Virus record (IMG/VR): IMGVR_UViG_3300026097_001418
Coordinates: 5,484-69,483 of that record
Reading direction: 5' to 3' (one strand)
Source: a virus
Length of the DNA: 64,000 nucleotides
Positions 1 to 10,066 of this stretch are shown here, one piece after another. The translations under genes were made by a program, and so were the position numbers. Positions within the stretch are counted from its first letter, which is position 1; each line of letters opens with the position of its first letter. The notes under the pieces were generated by a model, which had not been told where the DNA came from, did no database searches, and worked only from the letters and a program-made list of their open reading frames with translations.

Positions 1-594
1 TTAAATCCTGATTTATACAAAAACGATTTACTTTTAGAATTTGACAAAACAAAAATTCCACCATATCAATTATTACACAAGAAATTCTTAAGCCTGCTAC
101 CCGCTGACCACACTTTTATTCAAGGACTAGACGGTCCTGATTTTTATTGCAAAGATAATAAGTTTTATATTTTTCAAACTGCACACTCGTTTGTTAACTC
201 GAGAACAAGAGCATTTTTAATGTTAAATCGAGATGCACCTATCGTAAATTGGGAAAGAAAATCTAGAATATTATTAAGTATTTTACAGGACGAAATTATA
301 AAATCATTTATTTTTGCTTATAGCAACATCAAGAATAACGGGTTGACGTACTCAAATGATAAAGAGATTCCGATCATAGATCATTATGATCTTTATATCA
401 AACCTTTTCTATATGCAAAATATTGGCAAGATGAATTAGAATACTTTCCTAAATATCAAGGCTGTGAAGAGATAGATTGGGTAATAGAGAAAAAATGGCA
501 TCAATATAGAGAAAATTTAATTATTATGCCTTTAGATGAATTGAAAAGTCATTTGCAATCAAATTCAAAAATCAAGAGATTTTATCAAAGGTAG
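1..594 (+). CDS. 5'-truncated hypothetical protein of the AT-rich modification-enzyme island
   Basis: Frame 1 is open from base 1 (LNPDLYKND...QGLDGPD...) and continuous with ORF-track 220..594. Confidence 0.6.
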   Translation, partial: LNPDLYKNDLLLEFDKTKIPPYQLLHKKFLSLLPADHTFIQGLDGPDFYCKDNKFYIFQTAHSFVNSRTRAFLMLNRDAPIVNWERKSRILLSILQDEIIKSFIFAYSNIKNNGLTYSNDKEIPIIDHYDLYIKPFLYAKYWQDELEYFPKYQGCEEIDWVIEKKWHQYRENLIIMPLDELKSHLQSNSKIKRFYQR

Positions 595-1745
595 AGATTG
601 CATATTTTATGATTTTGACCTAGCATTCTTAAACCGTCGGGCTTTCCCTTTGATTCTACAATAAAGTTCGAAGCTTCTTTTGTTACATAATTCAATCCAT
701 CTAACCAGATTGCGTGTAATTTAGTATTTTCGTAGCCATTGATAAACCAGTCATCGAACTCAGTATACCAATCTAACACTGCTTTGTCTGCTTGAAACCA
801 ATTTTGATCCCAGGTAGTATACAACAATGTTCTGTATACCCTTTCGTGCATTAGTCGATATATATCTTTGTTGATTTGTCCTAATGTCCAGTAATTTATT
901 TTCTCTGGATAAGTCAATAACCATCGTTTCACGACATGACATTGCTTACATAGCATTTCAGCAGAATCTGGATGCCAATAAAAATATTCGATTGAAGCAT
1001 TAGGATAGTCTTTCATATGGTCTGCTACAACGCTAACAATGTTTGCAGCAGCATCTGTGAATCTCATCCATAGGTCGTTAGTTTTAGGATCAATAATTAG
1101 TCTTGGTTTTTCAACCCCCATCACTACTGCTATTTTTTTGTCCTTGTCGAACTGCTTTCTTACTTCGGAAAAATAAAGATAATTAAATCTTGTGATATTT
1201 ATAGGATTTAATTTTTCTCTTTTATTTAAAATCCAACTGCCGTCGTTGGCGGTATTGAGGAAATCAAACAGATAGTCTGTTAAATCAAAAATACTTATTT
1301 TTGTCTTCGGCGACATTTTTTCAATTTCTTTTAACCGTGGCATAGTCTGAAATAGAAATTCTGTTTGTAATGCATTTTCAGCTGAAAAATCTCCTGGCAA
1401 TGGAGGCTTATAATTTTCCATCCCTTTTTGTAGATGATTTACAACTATTTCGTCAATGAAGAGATTTTGTCTTAGAAATGCCATTACTAAATTATGGCTG
1501 TCAGCACCGCCGCTGTAACTGACCATGATATAATCATATTTTTCTCTTAACTCTCTAGCTCTTTTATCGTATAACTCATCTAATGTTTTAGTAGGTTCTA
1601 TGCTCCACGGATAGTTGTCGAAAACGTCTTTATGAAATTCCCAGGAAACATCCAAATTATTCTGAGTTGCATATATACAAGCAGAAATTTTAGAATCAAA
1701 TTCTAAATTTCCACTGGTGTAAAATCCTAAACTTTTATCAATCAT
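585..1745 (-). CDS. PP-loop (adenine nucleotide alpha-hydrolase-like) ATPase, paralog 1
   Basis: SYSGGADS PP-loop; shares EP..LDELY..RA..LR..YDY, GVEKP and KQ.H motifs with three other ORFs in the window. Confidence 0.75.
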   Translation of the reverse strand: MIDKSLGFYTSGNLEFDSKISACIYATQNNLDVSWEFHKDVFDNYPWSIEPTKTLDELYDKRARELREKYDYIMVSYSGGADSHNLVMAFLRQNLFIDEIVVNHLQKGMENYKPPLPGDFSAENALQTEFLFQTMPRLKEIEKMSPKTKISIFDLTDYLFDFLNTANDGSWILNKREKLNPINITRFNYLYFSEVRKQFDKDKKIAVVMGVEKPRLIIDPKTNDLWMRFTDAAANIVSVVADHMKDYPNASIEYFYWHPDSAEMLCKQCHVVKRWLLTYPEKINYWTLGQINKDIYRLMHERVYRTLLYTTWDQNWFQADKAVLDWYTEFDDWFINGYENTKLHAIWLDGLNYVTKEASNFIVESKGKPDGLRMLGQNHKICNLYL

Positions 1746-2596
1746 TTCAATCCTATTTTTTTATTTGCAAATTTGTTAAAAAGAATATCAAACGGATGCA
1801 CTTTACCGAAATATTTGTTTGGAACAAAAGCATCATCGTCCGATATATAGTCTATCCAGGGCATAAATCCCAATACAAGATGTACTCTTTTAGTTTCTGT
1901 TGTGTTATTCATGTATACCCTATGAGGAAGATGAGTATCCCATGTGTAAAACTTTCCTACTTCTAGATGTACAGGATCTCTATTTTCTAATTGGAATAGA
2001 AAACATTGATCTGTAGTTAGCGGAATATTGATTCTTAAATTTTCAAAAATTTCTTCATCTTTATGCCATAAAAATTCTTCACCGACTTTGCTGTGATACG
2101 ATCCGTCAAGTAGAGCTATTCTGCTCCTTGTTGGCGAAAGGTCAAAATCATCAATAAACTCTTTTAGTTTACTTCCTTTGATAGCTGGCGATAACTTTCT
2201 AAAAGCATACGAGTCAAAGTATGTATTCCTTGGACTGTTAAATTTTTCCATACTTCCATAAAAAAACTCGCTCAGATTATTAATTGCAGTTCCTAGTGTA
2301 CTTTGATTTGGATCTACCGATTCTTTGATGTCTGGATTATAAACTATACTAAGCCCGCCGTAGGCACTAATATTTCCTCTATTAGTTTGCCAACCTTTAA
2401 AACCATATGTATCGAGGCATTCTAATGTAATTTTTTTAATCTCTTCAACATCATAGTTATGTGTTAGCTCAATTAACTCGTCGGTATCATACGACCTTTT
2501 AACATCTTTCTTTGCAGAATCGAAATCTAGATCTTGACTGATCCAATTAAACAGCGTGCTTTTCTCGGGGCAATCTTTTACATAAAATTTGGTCAT
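1742..2596 (-). CDS. 2OG-Fe(II) dioxygenase-like protein (Asp/Asn beta-hydroxylase-like)
   Basis: WHKD...RINIPL...PHRV...RVHLV cupin facial-triad pattern. Confidence 0.7.
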   Translation of the reverse strand: MTKFYVKDCPEKSTLFNWISQDLDFDSAKKDVKRSYDTDELIELTHNYDVEEIKKITLECLDTYGFKGWQTNRGNISAYGGLSIVYNPDIKESVDPNQSTLGTAINNLSEFFYGSMEKFNSPRNTYFDSYAFRKLSPAIKGSKLKEFIDDFDLSPTRSRIALLDGSYHSKVGEEFLWHKDEEIFENLRINIPLTTDQCFLFQLENRDPVHLEVGKFYTWDTHLPHRVYMNNTTETKRVHLVLGFMPWIDYISDDDAFVPNKYFGKVHPFDILFNKFANKKIGLK

Positions 2597-3204
2597 GCTA
2601 GTCTCTTTAGCAAGCCTTTGTTATCAAGTGATGCCTGATACAAATTCCAATTAATATTTTTTAAAGGTAATATCATAATTTTTTGCTTACAAGACTCTGG
2701 TACTTGCTCCATAGGTTCGCATACATTGTATATACCATCGACTATTTGAAATTTACAATTGTCTACTAAGTTAGTTATTTTCAAGAATTGCCTTAGCCAA
2801 CGATAATGTTTTCCTTGCCTTGTTATCATGGCCACTTCAATATCATTATGATTTTTTAAAAAATCAAGTTGAGGTTTCAATACTAGAGGAGTCATTTTAA
2901 TCTTCTTTTCAGTCCATTTAGTTAATGAATGGCCTCGAAAGTCTGGATGAATCCAAAATCTAGTTAACACTCTTGCGATTGATTTGCTCCATTTGCTTGG
3001 CGAGTGTTCTATAGCACCAAATGCAACAATTTTGTCTTTACAAATGACTCCATTAAAAAACAGATAATTTTCAGGACGTATATCTAAATAATTTTCATAT
3101 AGGTGATCTGCCTGACAACTGACTCGAATTTCTTTTAGACAGTCTTGCCAAAGGTCTGAACTATACGAGATATTATAAAAATTTGTAAAGTGACAAGTCG
3201 ACAT
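2593..3204 (-). CDS. GNAT-like N-acyltransferase
   Basis: ARVLTRFWIHPDFRG resembles GNAT motif A; start placed at ATG 3204 just after a TAAATA box (alternative 3234). Confidence 0.55.
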   Translation of the reverse strand: MSTCHFTNFYNISYSSDLWQDCLKEIRVSCQADHLYENYLDIRPENYLFFNGVICKDKIVAFGAIEHSPSKWSKSIARVLTRFWIHPDFRGHSLTKWTEKKIKMTPLVLKPQLDFLKNHNDIEVAMITRQGKHYRWLRQFLKITNLVDNCKFQIVDGIYNVCEPMEQVPESCKQKIMILPLKNINWNLYQASLDNKGLLKRLA

Positions 3205-3232
3205 ATAAATATTTAACTTTATTGAGTCCGTC

Positions 3233-4003
3233 ATGAAAAAAAACATAAGCATAGTCGCTACAATACTCCTTCCCCTTCATTTACTGTTTTTTGCATTGCT
3301 TCCTACGACTAACTTTACCTGGACAAGCATTTTTTATGTTTTGCTGGGTTATGTGTTTATAGGCGGCTTGGGTGTTGAAGTTGGATTACATCGATGGGCT
3401 TCTCATAAAACGATCGATCTTAATAGTATTGCAAAACCGCTAGTAATTTTTGCCAGCGTTATATCTTGTCAAGGTCATCCGTATTGGTGGGCGGCAATAC
3501 ATCGAGGGAACCATCATAGGTTCTGCGATACCGAGAAAGATATTCATAGTCCTAAAAACGGAAAATGGAATTCTTTTCTTGGATGGCTGTTGAATCACGA
3601 CACTGTTAATAACATTAATTTTAAATATATCACTGATCTAATGAGAGATCCTCTTCTAAAATTTTCTGCAAAATATTATAAATCAATAATATATACGACA
3701 TGGATTGTTGCAGGTTTTATTAGTTTAAATTTTCTATTCTGGGCTGTTATTATACCTACGCTAATTTCTTTTTACAGTGTCAATGTAATCAATCTAATAT
3801 GTCATTCAGACAGCGGTTATAGAAATTTTAACACAACTGATAATTCTAGAAATGTTTCTTTTTTGGGTTATTTTTGCTGGGGTAACGGTTGGCACAATAA
3901 TCATCACTATCGAGCATCTAGTTATGATTTCGGAAAATCAGTTAGCGGCAAGTGGTGGGAGGTTGACCCTTGTGTGATATTTTTACCATTTATTAAAAAA
4001 TGA
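3233..4003 (+). CDS. membrane fatty-acid (delta-9-like) desaturase
   Basis: Three His boxes (HRWASH, HRGNHH, HNNHH) plus transmembrane segments. Confidence 0.9.
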   Translation: MKKNISIVATILLPLHLLFFALLPTTNFTWTSIFYVLLGYVFIGGLGVEVGLHRWASHKTIDLNSIAKPLVIFASVISCQGHPYWWAAIHRGNHHRFCDTEKDIHSPKNGKWNSFLGWLLNHDTVNNINFKYITDLMRDPLLKFSAKYYKSIIYTTWIVAGFISLNFLFWAVIIPTLISFYSVNVINLICHSDSGYRNFNTTDNSRNVSFLGYFCWGNGWHNNHHYRASSYDFGKSVSGKWWEVDPCVIFLPFIKK

Positions 4004-4950
4004 AAACTTTAGACGAAAATTTCATTTACGGGTATGATAATGAATTTTACAATTTAAGATCTAACTCTCAATCAGCATTTAACTGTTATTACTCGAGAGC
4101 TTCTCAAATTCCAAGTTCTTTTAAAAAAGAATGTGTACACGTGTGTAAAAAAATAAGCGATTATGCTATCAGTCAAAACAAAACACCATACATATTACTA
4201 AGCGGCGGTCTCGACAGTGAGGTTGTTGTGAGATCATTTATAGAATCAAAAAGAGATTTTAACGTTATAACAAACAGATTCAGTAACGATCTTAATAGTC
4301 ACGAAATATTATATGTGGAAAAACTTTGCAATCAAATGAATATCGATCCAATATATGTTGATATAGATATTGAGAAATGGTTGTTAACCAATGAAGTACT
4401 AACATTGGCTGAAATTTCAAAATGCGCATATTCTGAAATGTTACCTACTATGAAATTAATGCATGATGTATTTTTTGAAATGTCTGGTATTCCTGTTCTA
4501 GGCAACGGAGATTTATATGCATCAAAAGAAATCAACGAAGATTGGAGATTTGGTCAGAGTGAAGAAAAATATACATGGATGTATATCGAATATGAATATA
4601 TTCTTTCGTGGTTGCGCTACGCAGTAAATAAAAACATCAAAGGCGGCATAAACTTTTTTCAATACACACCAGAGATAGTATTATCAATGGCTCTTGATCC
4701 GTTAATGCAAAACCTAGTAAATAATAATCCAGTAGGGAAACAAAGTACTAGGTCTACAAAATATTTAATTTATAAAAAATATTGGCCCGATATTGATATA
4801 AGAGAAAAATATCATGGAGGAGAAAAAATTCCCTTGTTGACTGAATATCTTAATAAAGATAAACTACTTAAAAAGTATTATAGTTATACTTCTAGATGGA
4901 AGAAACCTTTTGATGATTTTGTGAATTTATTACTGCCTTATGAAGATTGA
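4000..4950 (+). CDS. PP-loop ATPase, asparagine-synthetase C-terminal-like
   Basis: LLSGGLDSE motif. Confidence 0.7.
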   Translation: MKTLDENFIYGYDNEFYNLRSNSQSAFNCYYSRASQIPSSFKKECVHVCKKISDYAISQNKTPYILLSGGLDSEVVVRSFIESKRDFNVITNRFSNDLNSHEILYVEKLCNQMNIDPIYVDIDIEKWLLTNEVLTLAEISKCAYSEMLPTMKLMHDVFFEMSGIPVLGNGDLYASKEINEDWRFGQSEEKYTWMYIEYEYILSWLRYAVNKNIKGGINFFQYTPEIVLSMALDPLMQNLVNNNPVGKQSTRSTKYLIYKKYWPDIDIREKYHGGEKIPLLTEYLNKDKLLKKYYSYTSRWKKPFDDFVNLLLPYED

Positions 4951-5320
4951 CAAATATAAAAAAATGTTTAGAGAAAACAGTGATTATGTTTCTTGTGACT
5001 TTAGTGTCTTGATACCCTCATGGAAAATCGAATTTTCAGATAGGTGGAATATTAAATTAGTCAGACAAGCGATCGACGAATCTAAAAAAATGAAGTACTA
5101 TAGTTTTTATTCTGTAATTCCTGAAAACAAACTAAACGAATATTTGCAATTTTTTAAAGATAATTTCCCCCAATACTTAACAATAATCGAAGAGACGGTG
5201 CCGGAAAACGAGAAACCGATTAGTTTATTATTTTGGGATTGGTTATTTTCATCAATTAGCTTCGATGCTCGTATGTGCATTGCGTATCATGTACTCCCTC
5301 AGGAATTTAGAAATGAATAA
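4940..5320 (+). CDS. hypothetical protein
   Basis: 126-aa ORF overlapping both neighbours in an operon. Confidence 0.6.
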   Translation: MKIDKYKKMFRENSDYVSCDFSVLIPSWKIEFSDRWNIKLVRQAIDESKKMKYYSFYSVIPENKLNEYLQFFKDNFPQYLTIIEETVPENEKPISLLFWDWLFSSISFDARMCIAYHVLPQEFRNE

Positions 5321-5912
5321 TAATTATGTAGAATTAAACCTTACAAAATATCCATTAAAGGATACATTTGTGTTTCCTTTACATTTATGTAAATCTCTAA
5401 CTGGTCCTACATATGATTACGTCAATGCTGAACATATTTCTGAAGAATTAAAAGATCAATTAACCGACCTAGGTGTCGAAATCTCAGGTTCGGTGATATT
5501 CCAAAAACTTCCCGGTTACACAAACCCGCTGCATACAGATGTGGTCATTAAGGATAATCGTTGGGAAATATGTCATTGTGCCATTAACTGGGATTTAACC
5601 GGCAACGAGTCAATCATGGAATGGTATAACACATCCGAAAAAGAAATTTGGCCGGCTGTTGAAGAAACATCCCTTCCTTACCGACTGAGCGGCATTCATT
5701 ACGGACATTTAGGAAATAGAGATACGTCAAAAGAAACAATGTCACTAATTGATTCTACAAGGATAGTAAACCCAACATTAGTCAGAACTGATATACCGCA
5801 TCAAATTAAAAACTTAGATAACAGGGATAGATGGAGCCTTAGTATTAGATTTGTAAAGAACTATTCGTGGGAAGAAGCTCTCGAAATTTTTAAATCGATT
5901 ATTGCTGCTTAA
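5313..5912 (+). CDS. cupin / 2OG-Fe(II) dioxygenase-like protein
   Basis: LHTD...AINW...PHQI...RWSLSIR; start moved to ATG 5313. Confidence 0.6.
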   Translation: MNNNYVELNLTKYPLKDTFVFPLHLCKSLTGPTYDYVNAEHISEELKDQLTDLGVEISGSVIFQKLPGYTNPLHTDVVIKDNRWEICHCAINWDLTGNESIMEWYNTSEKEIWPAVEETSLPYRLSGIHYGHLGNRDTSKETMSLIDSTRIVNPTLVRTDIPHQIKNLDNRDRWSLSIRFVKNYSWEEALEIFKSIIAA

Positions 5913-7414
5913 GCGCCAGCGGTGGTTCCGTCGTCTAAATTGATCCAAGCGCCGTTCTGATAGCCTTCAAAGCGATTATATGTAGTATTATAAATTACCA
6001 TACCATTAGATGCGACTAGTGTGTTTCTTTCAGTTGCAGTTAGAGATCCGAATTGTATAAAAGACGGTGCTGTTATAGATCCGTCTGTTCCATCTATAAT
6101 ACGAGTTGAATCATCAATAAATATCGAGCCGGTGACATCTCCGATAACATTACCATTAATTTCTAAGTTATCAGAATAAGGAGCAATAACAGATGCCAAT
6201 AATCTTCCTTGCGAATCAATTTTTACTACGCCTCTATTATTCTGTGAATTGCTGGCGGTTCTAAACATTATAGAAGATGGCATCCACGGTCCGGTTGGTT
6301 CCTCGTCCACAATAATTCTAATTGCTGCACCTATCGTGTAGGAATCATCACTTTGTGGCCACCCAAGCCAAGTCAATTCCCCTAACTGATCGTCTTTTTG
6401 TACAGGTTGAACACTTGCCGATGAGCCTCGAGTTTTAGCAAAAATAACTCTATCAGCTCTAAAATTATTGTGATGCTGCTCTAAATAAAATCCGTTCGAA
6501 CCGGTTGATATGTCGCCGTTATAACTATTTCTAGAAATATGTATGCTGCCGTCTCTTGCCAAACTCTCACTACCGACAAACAATTTATTCTCAGGTGCCA
6601 TAAAAATGGTATCATCGCTGACAATCCTATTAATGTTAGTGTCAAAGTCGCCTACTAGACTCCCTTCGAACCCACCGCGAATTTCGTTGTCGATTGCATC
6701 GATGATAATTGCAGAATTATTTCCAAACACCGAGCCAGACACATCACCAGTTACATTGCCAAGAATCCCGCCAGGTGCTGTGATTGATCCATTAGAAGAA
6801 TTAACGATTAAAGAACTATCATCGCCGATAATATTGATATTATAGTTACTACCGGAAACTACTCCAGTAATTTCAACACCGCCTATTGTTGAACCAATAG
6901 GCAAATTAACAGACGTATTTGATGCAGTAACTTGTGCATCGCCGATCCACAAGCTCGATCCCGAAAGATATAAATCTCTAAATCTATTAGTCGGACTACC
7001 TAAATCATAAGTTTCTGACGAAAAAGGAATGATGTCGGTCCTTACTGTGCCATCTAATTGAAAACTACCTAGCACACTGTCAATCAATAATGAACTGTCG
7101 TTTGCAAATACGCTTCCTTTAAATCCATCTGATTCGATGATTCCACTGTAACTGCTTAAGTCTAAACTAGCATCAATTCGATTCGCAGTATCATTATAGC
7201 TGAAAGAAATATTACTGTGTATTCCCGAAGTTAATAGACTTGCAGCCGCGTCTTGGGCATCTTCAAAAGTAAAAGAACTTGCAGCTATTCCGCCAGGTGT
7301 TGTTCCGTCACCGATGTACAGTGTTTTTTCTGTTGTGTCATAGATTAATTCACCGATAATCGGTGTTATCGATAATCTATCTGCTGTTTGACCGCGTCTG
7401 ACTTGTAAAGGCAT
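5909..7414 (-). CDS. tail fibre / virion structural protein with Mtd-N-like N-terminus
   Basis: MPLQVRRG...GELIYDTTEKTLYIGDG N-terminus; internal GDV.GS.F.DDS..IID repeats; C-terminal GMVIYNTT..RFEGY; TAAATA box upstream. Confidence 0.75.
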   Translation of the reverse strand: MPLQVRRGQTADRLSITPIIGELIYDTTEKTLYIGDGTTPGGIAASSFTFEDAQDAAASLLTSGIHSNISFSYNDTANRIDASLDLSSYSGIIESDGFKGSVFANDSSLLIDSVLGSFQLDGTVRTDIIPFSSETYDLGSPTNRFRDLYLSGSSLWIGDAQVTASNTSVNLPIGSTIGGVEITGVVSGSNYNINIIGDDSSLIVNSSNGSITAPGGILGNVTGDVSGSVFGNNSAIIIDAIDNEIRGGFEGSLVGDFDTNINRIVSDDTIFMAPENKLFVGSESLARDGSIHISRNSYNGDISTGSNGFYLEQHHNNFRADRVIFAKTRGSSASVQPVQKDDQLGELTWLGWPQSDDSYTIGAAIRIIVDEEPTGPWMPSSIMFRTASNSQNNRGVVKIDSQGRLLASVIAPYSDNLEINGNVIGDVTGSIFIDDSTRIIDGTDGSITAPSFIQFGSLTATERNTLVASNGMVIYNTTYNRFEGYQNGAWINLDDGTTAGA

Positions 7415-7493
7415 ATTTTTAACTCCGAGACTTATGATAGTAGTATTTATGTCTTTATGGAGCAAAGAGTATGCAGGTTTATGTTAACTGCTG

Positions 7494-7796
7494 CTATTTT
7501 TTCTCTGACGGCACAAATTCAAAATCTATTGCAGGATATTCGTATTTTACAGGTTGTTTCTCTTCCTGAAACCAAAAAATATGCACAGTCATATCTTCGA
7601 AATACCAGCAGCCCGGAATTGTGTTATTTTCAGTAGTTGCTACCGCAATAAACAATGGTTTTTCAAACTTTTCTTCTAACGGACAAGCGTCTTTAGATAG
7701 CGCAATAATTCCACCCTGTTGATTCTTTATTACCATCATATTAGCCGATGCCACTAGCGGAAATGACAGTAGGAATGCTGCAATTAATTTCTTCAT
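7494..7796 (-). CDS. secreted hypothetical protein
   Basis: Signal peptide MKKLIAAFLLSFPLVASA. Confidence 0.6.
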   Translation of the reverse strand: MKKLIAAFLLSFPLVASANMMVIKNQQGGIIALSKDACPLEEKFEKPLFIAVATTENNTIPGCWYFEDMTVHIFWFQEEKQPVKYEYPAIDFEFVPSEKK

Positions 7797-7833
7797 ATCC
7801 TACCCCGTTTATATATGTATATATCTCAAAGTC

Positions 7834-7862
7834 AAAAAAATAGGGTCCTTCTGGACCCTATT
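7834..7862 (-). terminator. intrinsic terminator
   Basis: TAGGGTCC-AGAA-GGACCCTA hairpin followed by a T8 tract on the minus strand. Confidence 0.8.
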
Positions 7863-8475
7863 AATCAGCGGACTTTTGACTACCGTTTCCGTTTCGGAAA
7901 CCCACAATGCCACCTTGTTCTTCTATTCGTTTTAAAACATCTTCGAAAAGGATAGGAGCGAAGTCTGTTTGTTCAACACAAGCACACCAGTATCTCGGAT
8001 CAATCTCATCGCTGTATAAGATTTCACCAGTTCGAGCATCAACACCTCTCGCCTTCATAACTCTATTGGCGTGTAAGTGTCCGTGTATATTACAACCAAA
8101 CCTACCGAGGCTTGCTTCGTGGACTGGGATATGACTTAAAATAAGTCCGTTCATCACGTGGTAGGCACGTAACTCTCTGAAGTACTGACGGTATTCATCA
8201 TCGCGAAAGATATCGTGATTTCCACGTATTAACACCTTGTCGCCGTTTAAACGAGCAAGCGTGGCCAATGCCTTGCGGTTAATTACTGCATCACCCAAGT
8301 GATATACTTTATCGTTTGGCTTAACACGCTCGTTCCACAGTTCAATCATAGCCTCGTCCATCTCCTGAGGATCATCCCAAGGGCGCAATTTAGTCACTCC
8401 GTCGTTGCGTAAGAATCTACAAACTCCAGCATGTCCGAAATGCGAATCGCTAACTAACCATACTGATGGCATCAT
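7861..8475 (-). CDS. calcineurin-like metallophosphoesterase
   Basis: SDSHFGH, LGD, RGNHD and HGHLH motifs. Confidence 0.9.
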   Translation of the reverse strand: MMPSVWLVSDSHFGHAGVCRFLRNDGVTKLRPWDDPQEMDEAMIELWNERVKPNDKVYHLGDAVINRKALATLARLNGDKVLIRGNHDIFRDDEYRQYFRELRAYHVMNGLILSHIPVHEASLGRFGCNIHGHLHANRVMKARGVDARTGEILYSDEIDPRYWCACVEQTDFAPILFEDVLKRIEEQGGIVGFRNGNGSQKSAD

Positions 8476-8483
8476 AGCCTCCT

Positions 8484-8678
8484 TTAAAATTTAAATAACT
8501 TGTCCCCGGCACTCTTAGGAAAAAGTGCTCCCCAACTTGCTATATATTCTGCATCAGCATTTGGATCACTGCCTTGTGCTATGCCAACATAATATCGTTC
8601 ACCGTCATATTCATCGTAGACTTTTACTATGCCTACACAACCATTTGCTGTAAACCAACGAACATCTAGAATTTTCAT
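8484..8678 (-). CDS. hypothetical protein
   Basis: 64-aa ORF with GGAG SD in a co-directional run. Confidence 0.6.
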   Translation of the reverse strand: MKILDVRWFTANGCVGIVKVYDEYDGERYYVGIAQGSDPNADAEYIASWGALFPKSAGDKLFKF

Positions 8679-8686
8679 AACAACTC

Positions 8687-9265
8687 CTATTGATATTCAA
8701 CATCTACTGCTAGAATAAATCTATATTGATCGCTCTGAACAATGCCAGGACGATGAAATACATTACTGGGATAAACAGTCCAGTGTCCGGTACTTGGTGT
8801 TACAAAATATCGTTCATCGTTTTCTAAACCTCTTGGAGCCATCTCAGTTCCACAATAATCTCTATCCTTGACATCATTGGGAATATGCAGATAAAAAATT
8901 CCACTCATCATCTTTGAGTTGGGATTCTGTGGATGCCAGTGATGATGCCACAATTTTTCTCTATCTTCGGCACCTTGCAAATTTGTCATGAAACTCCAAG
9001 CCATCATATTTGACACTTTTGCTTCTCTACCTAAATACATAAACACAGAAAACAAAAAACTCATTCTATATTTTAACCAATTGGGTTCAGGACGAGCAAA
9101 AATATTTTCTTTGGTTTGAAACTTTGGACTGTTGGCAAAATAGTTTCCATCTTCTACGATTATTTTACGTATTACATTGCAGGTTTCATTGTTGTCCTGC
9201 TCTGTTATTATAGAGCTGAAATTAAATTTTTTTACGAGGTCGTTTCGATCGATTACTTTTTGCAT
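8687..9265 (-). CDS. putative 2OG-Fe(II) oxygenase
   Basis: WHHHWH...SGIFYL...GTE...YPS..FHRP...RFILA. Confidence 0.7.
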   Translation of the reverse strand: MQKVIDRNDLVKKFNFSSIITEQDNNETCNVIRKIIVEDGNYFANSPKFQTKENIFARPEPNWLKYRMSFLFSVFMYLGREAKVSNMMAWSFMTNLQGAEDREKLWHHHWHPQNPNSKMMSGIFYLHIPNDVKDRDYCGTEMAPRGLENDERYFVTPSTGHWTVYPSNVFHRPGIVQSDQYRFILAVDVEYQ

Positions 9266-9280
9266 ATGATATTTAGATTG

Positions 9281-9357
9281 TGGCCTCGCTACCAGGACTC
9301 GAACCTGGATTTGGGACTTAGGAGGTCTCTGTTCTATCCTGTTGAACTATAGCGAGA
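9281..9357 (-). tRNA. tRNA-Arg(CCT)
   Basis: Cloverleaf, anticodon loop CT-CCT-AA, GGTTCGAGTCC T-arm, encoded CCA. Confidence 0.9.
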
Positions 9358-9412
9358 GATAGGTGGGGACTTACGGATTCCTCCAGCCCCGTGCCTTCAC
9401 ACGGCAGATAAA

Positions 9413-9607
9413 TTATAATAAATCTTTTAGATTTGCTAGTTGCGTAGGAGACAGAAACAATTCAAACTTTTTCTGTTCGCTACCATCACGTCGAGCATCA
9501 TCCCATTCTGTAGAAAATTTTACATGCTTATATCCTTTAGGATATTCAATTTCTTTAATTTCCACCAGATAGCGATATCCATTATTATCAACGATTGTGC
9601 TTTTCAT
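9413..9607 (-). CDS. hypothetical protein
   Basis: 64-aa ORF with AAGGA SD between two tRNAs. Confidence 0.6.
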   Translation of the reverse strand: MKSTIVDNNGYRYLVEIKEIEYPKGYKHVKFSTEWDDARRDGSEQKKFELFLSPTQLANLKDLL

Positions 9608-9632
9608 TATGTTTCCTTAACAAGACACTCTG

Positions 9633-9703
9633 ATGCGGGAGCTGGAATCGAACCAGCCTAGTAGGCTTATGAGACCTACGGGCAACCACTACCCCATCCC
9701 GCG
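9633..9703 (-). tRNA. tRNA-Met(CAT), C1:A72 mismatch, no encoded CCA
   Basis: Loop CT-CAT-AA; acceptor CGCGGGA/TCCCGCA; T-arm GCTGG TTCGATT CCAGC. Confidence 0.75.
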
Positions 9704-9730
9704 TCAGAATATCCTGCATCTGTATTTAAC

Positions 9731-10050
9731 TTTAAAGAGCAGACTGAAGGGAAAGTTATAGTGCCCCTCGGTCGGCAAACCGACTTGCCAAGTGTCCGTT
9801 GCCGCGGTAGACTCAACTCGTCAATCTGCTCTTTAAAATTTATAGTGTCAGCTACTGTGTCCCCACTAGCCCTGACTTGGAGTGTTTCCTCGTCCACTGC
9901 TTTTTGCTTATGGTCATGTCGCAGTTCATACCTACGAATTTTTCTATCACCCATGTCAAGCGGGTTTTGAGGTTGGATCGTATGCACCCTGACTTTATCG
10001 TGAATTCAATAACGCCCTATACTAACGGGTAGGGACCCCGGGATTCTTTA
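9731..10050. ncRNA. putative structured ncRNA(s), family unknown
   Basis: GC-richer non-coding stretch; perfect 13-bp closing stem 9731-9743/9825-9837 and inner hairpin GTCGG-CAAA-CCGAC. Confidence 0.45.
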
Positions 10051-10066
10051 GAACCTGTTTTTTTAC

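Noticed and set aside
9950..10000. RNase P RNA (minus strand AAAGTCAGGGT ... AAAACCCGCTTGA resembles the P4 strands)
   Set aside because: The two motifs are only about 25 nt apart, leaving no room for the catalytic domain, and there is no GAGGAAAGUCC match.
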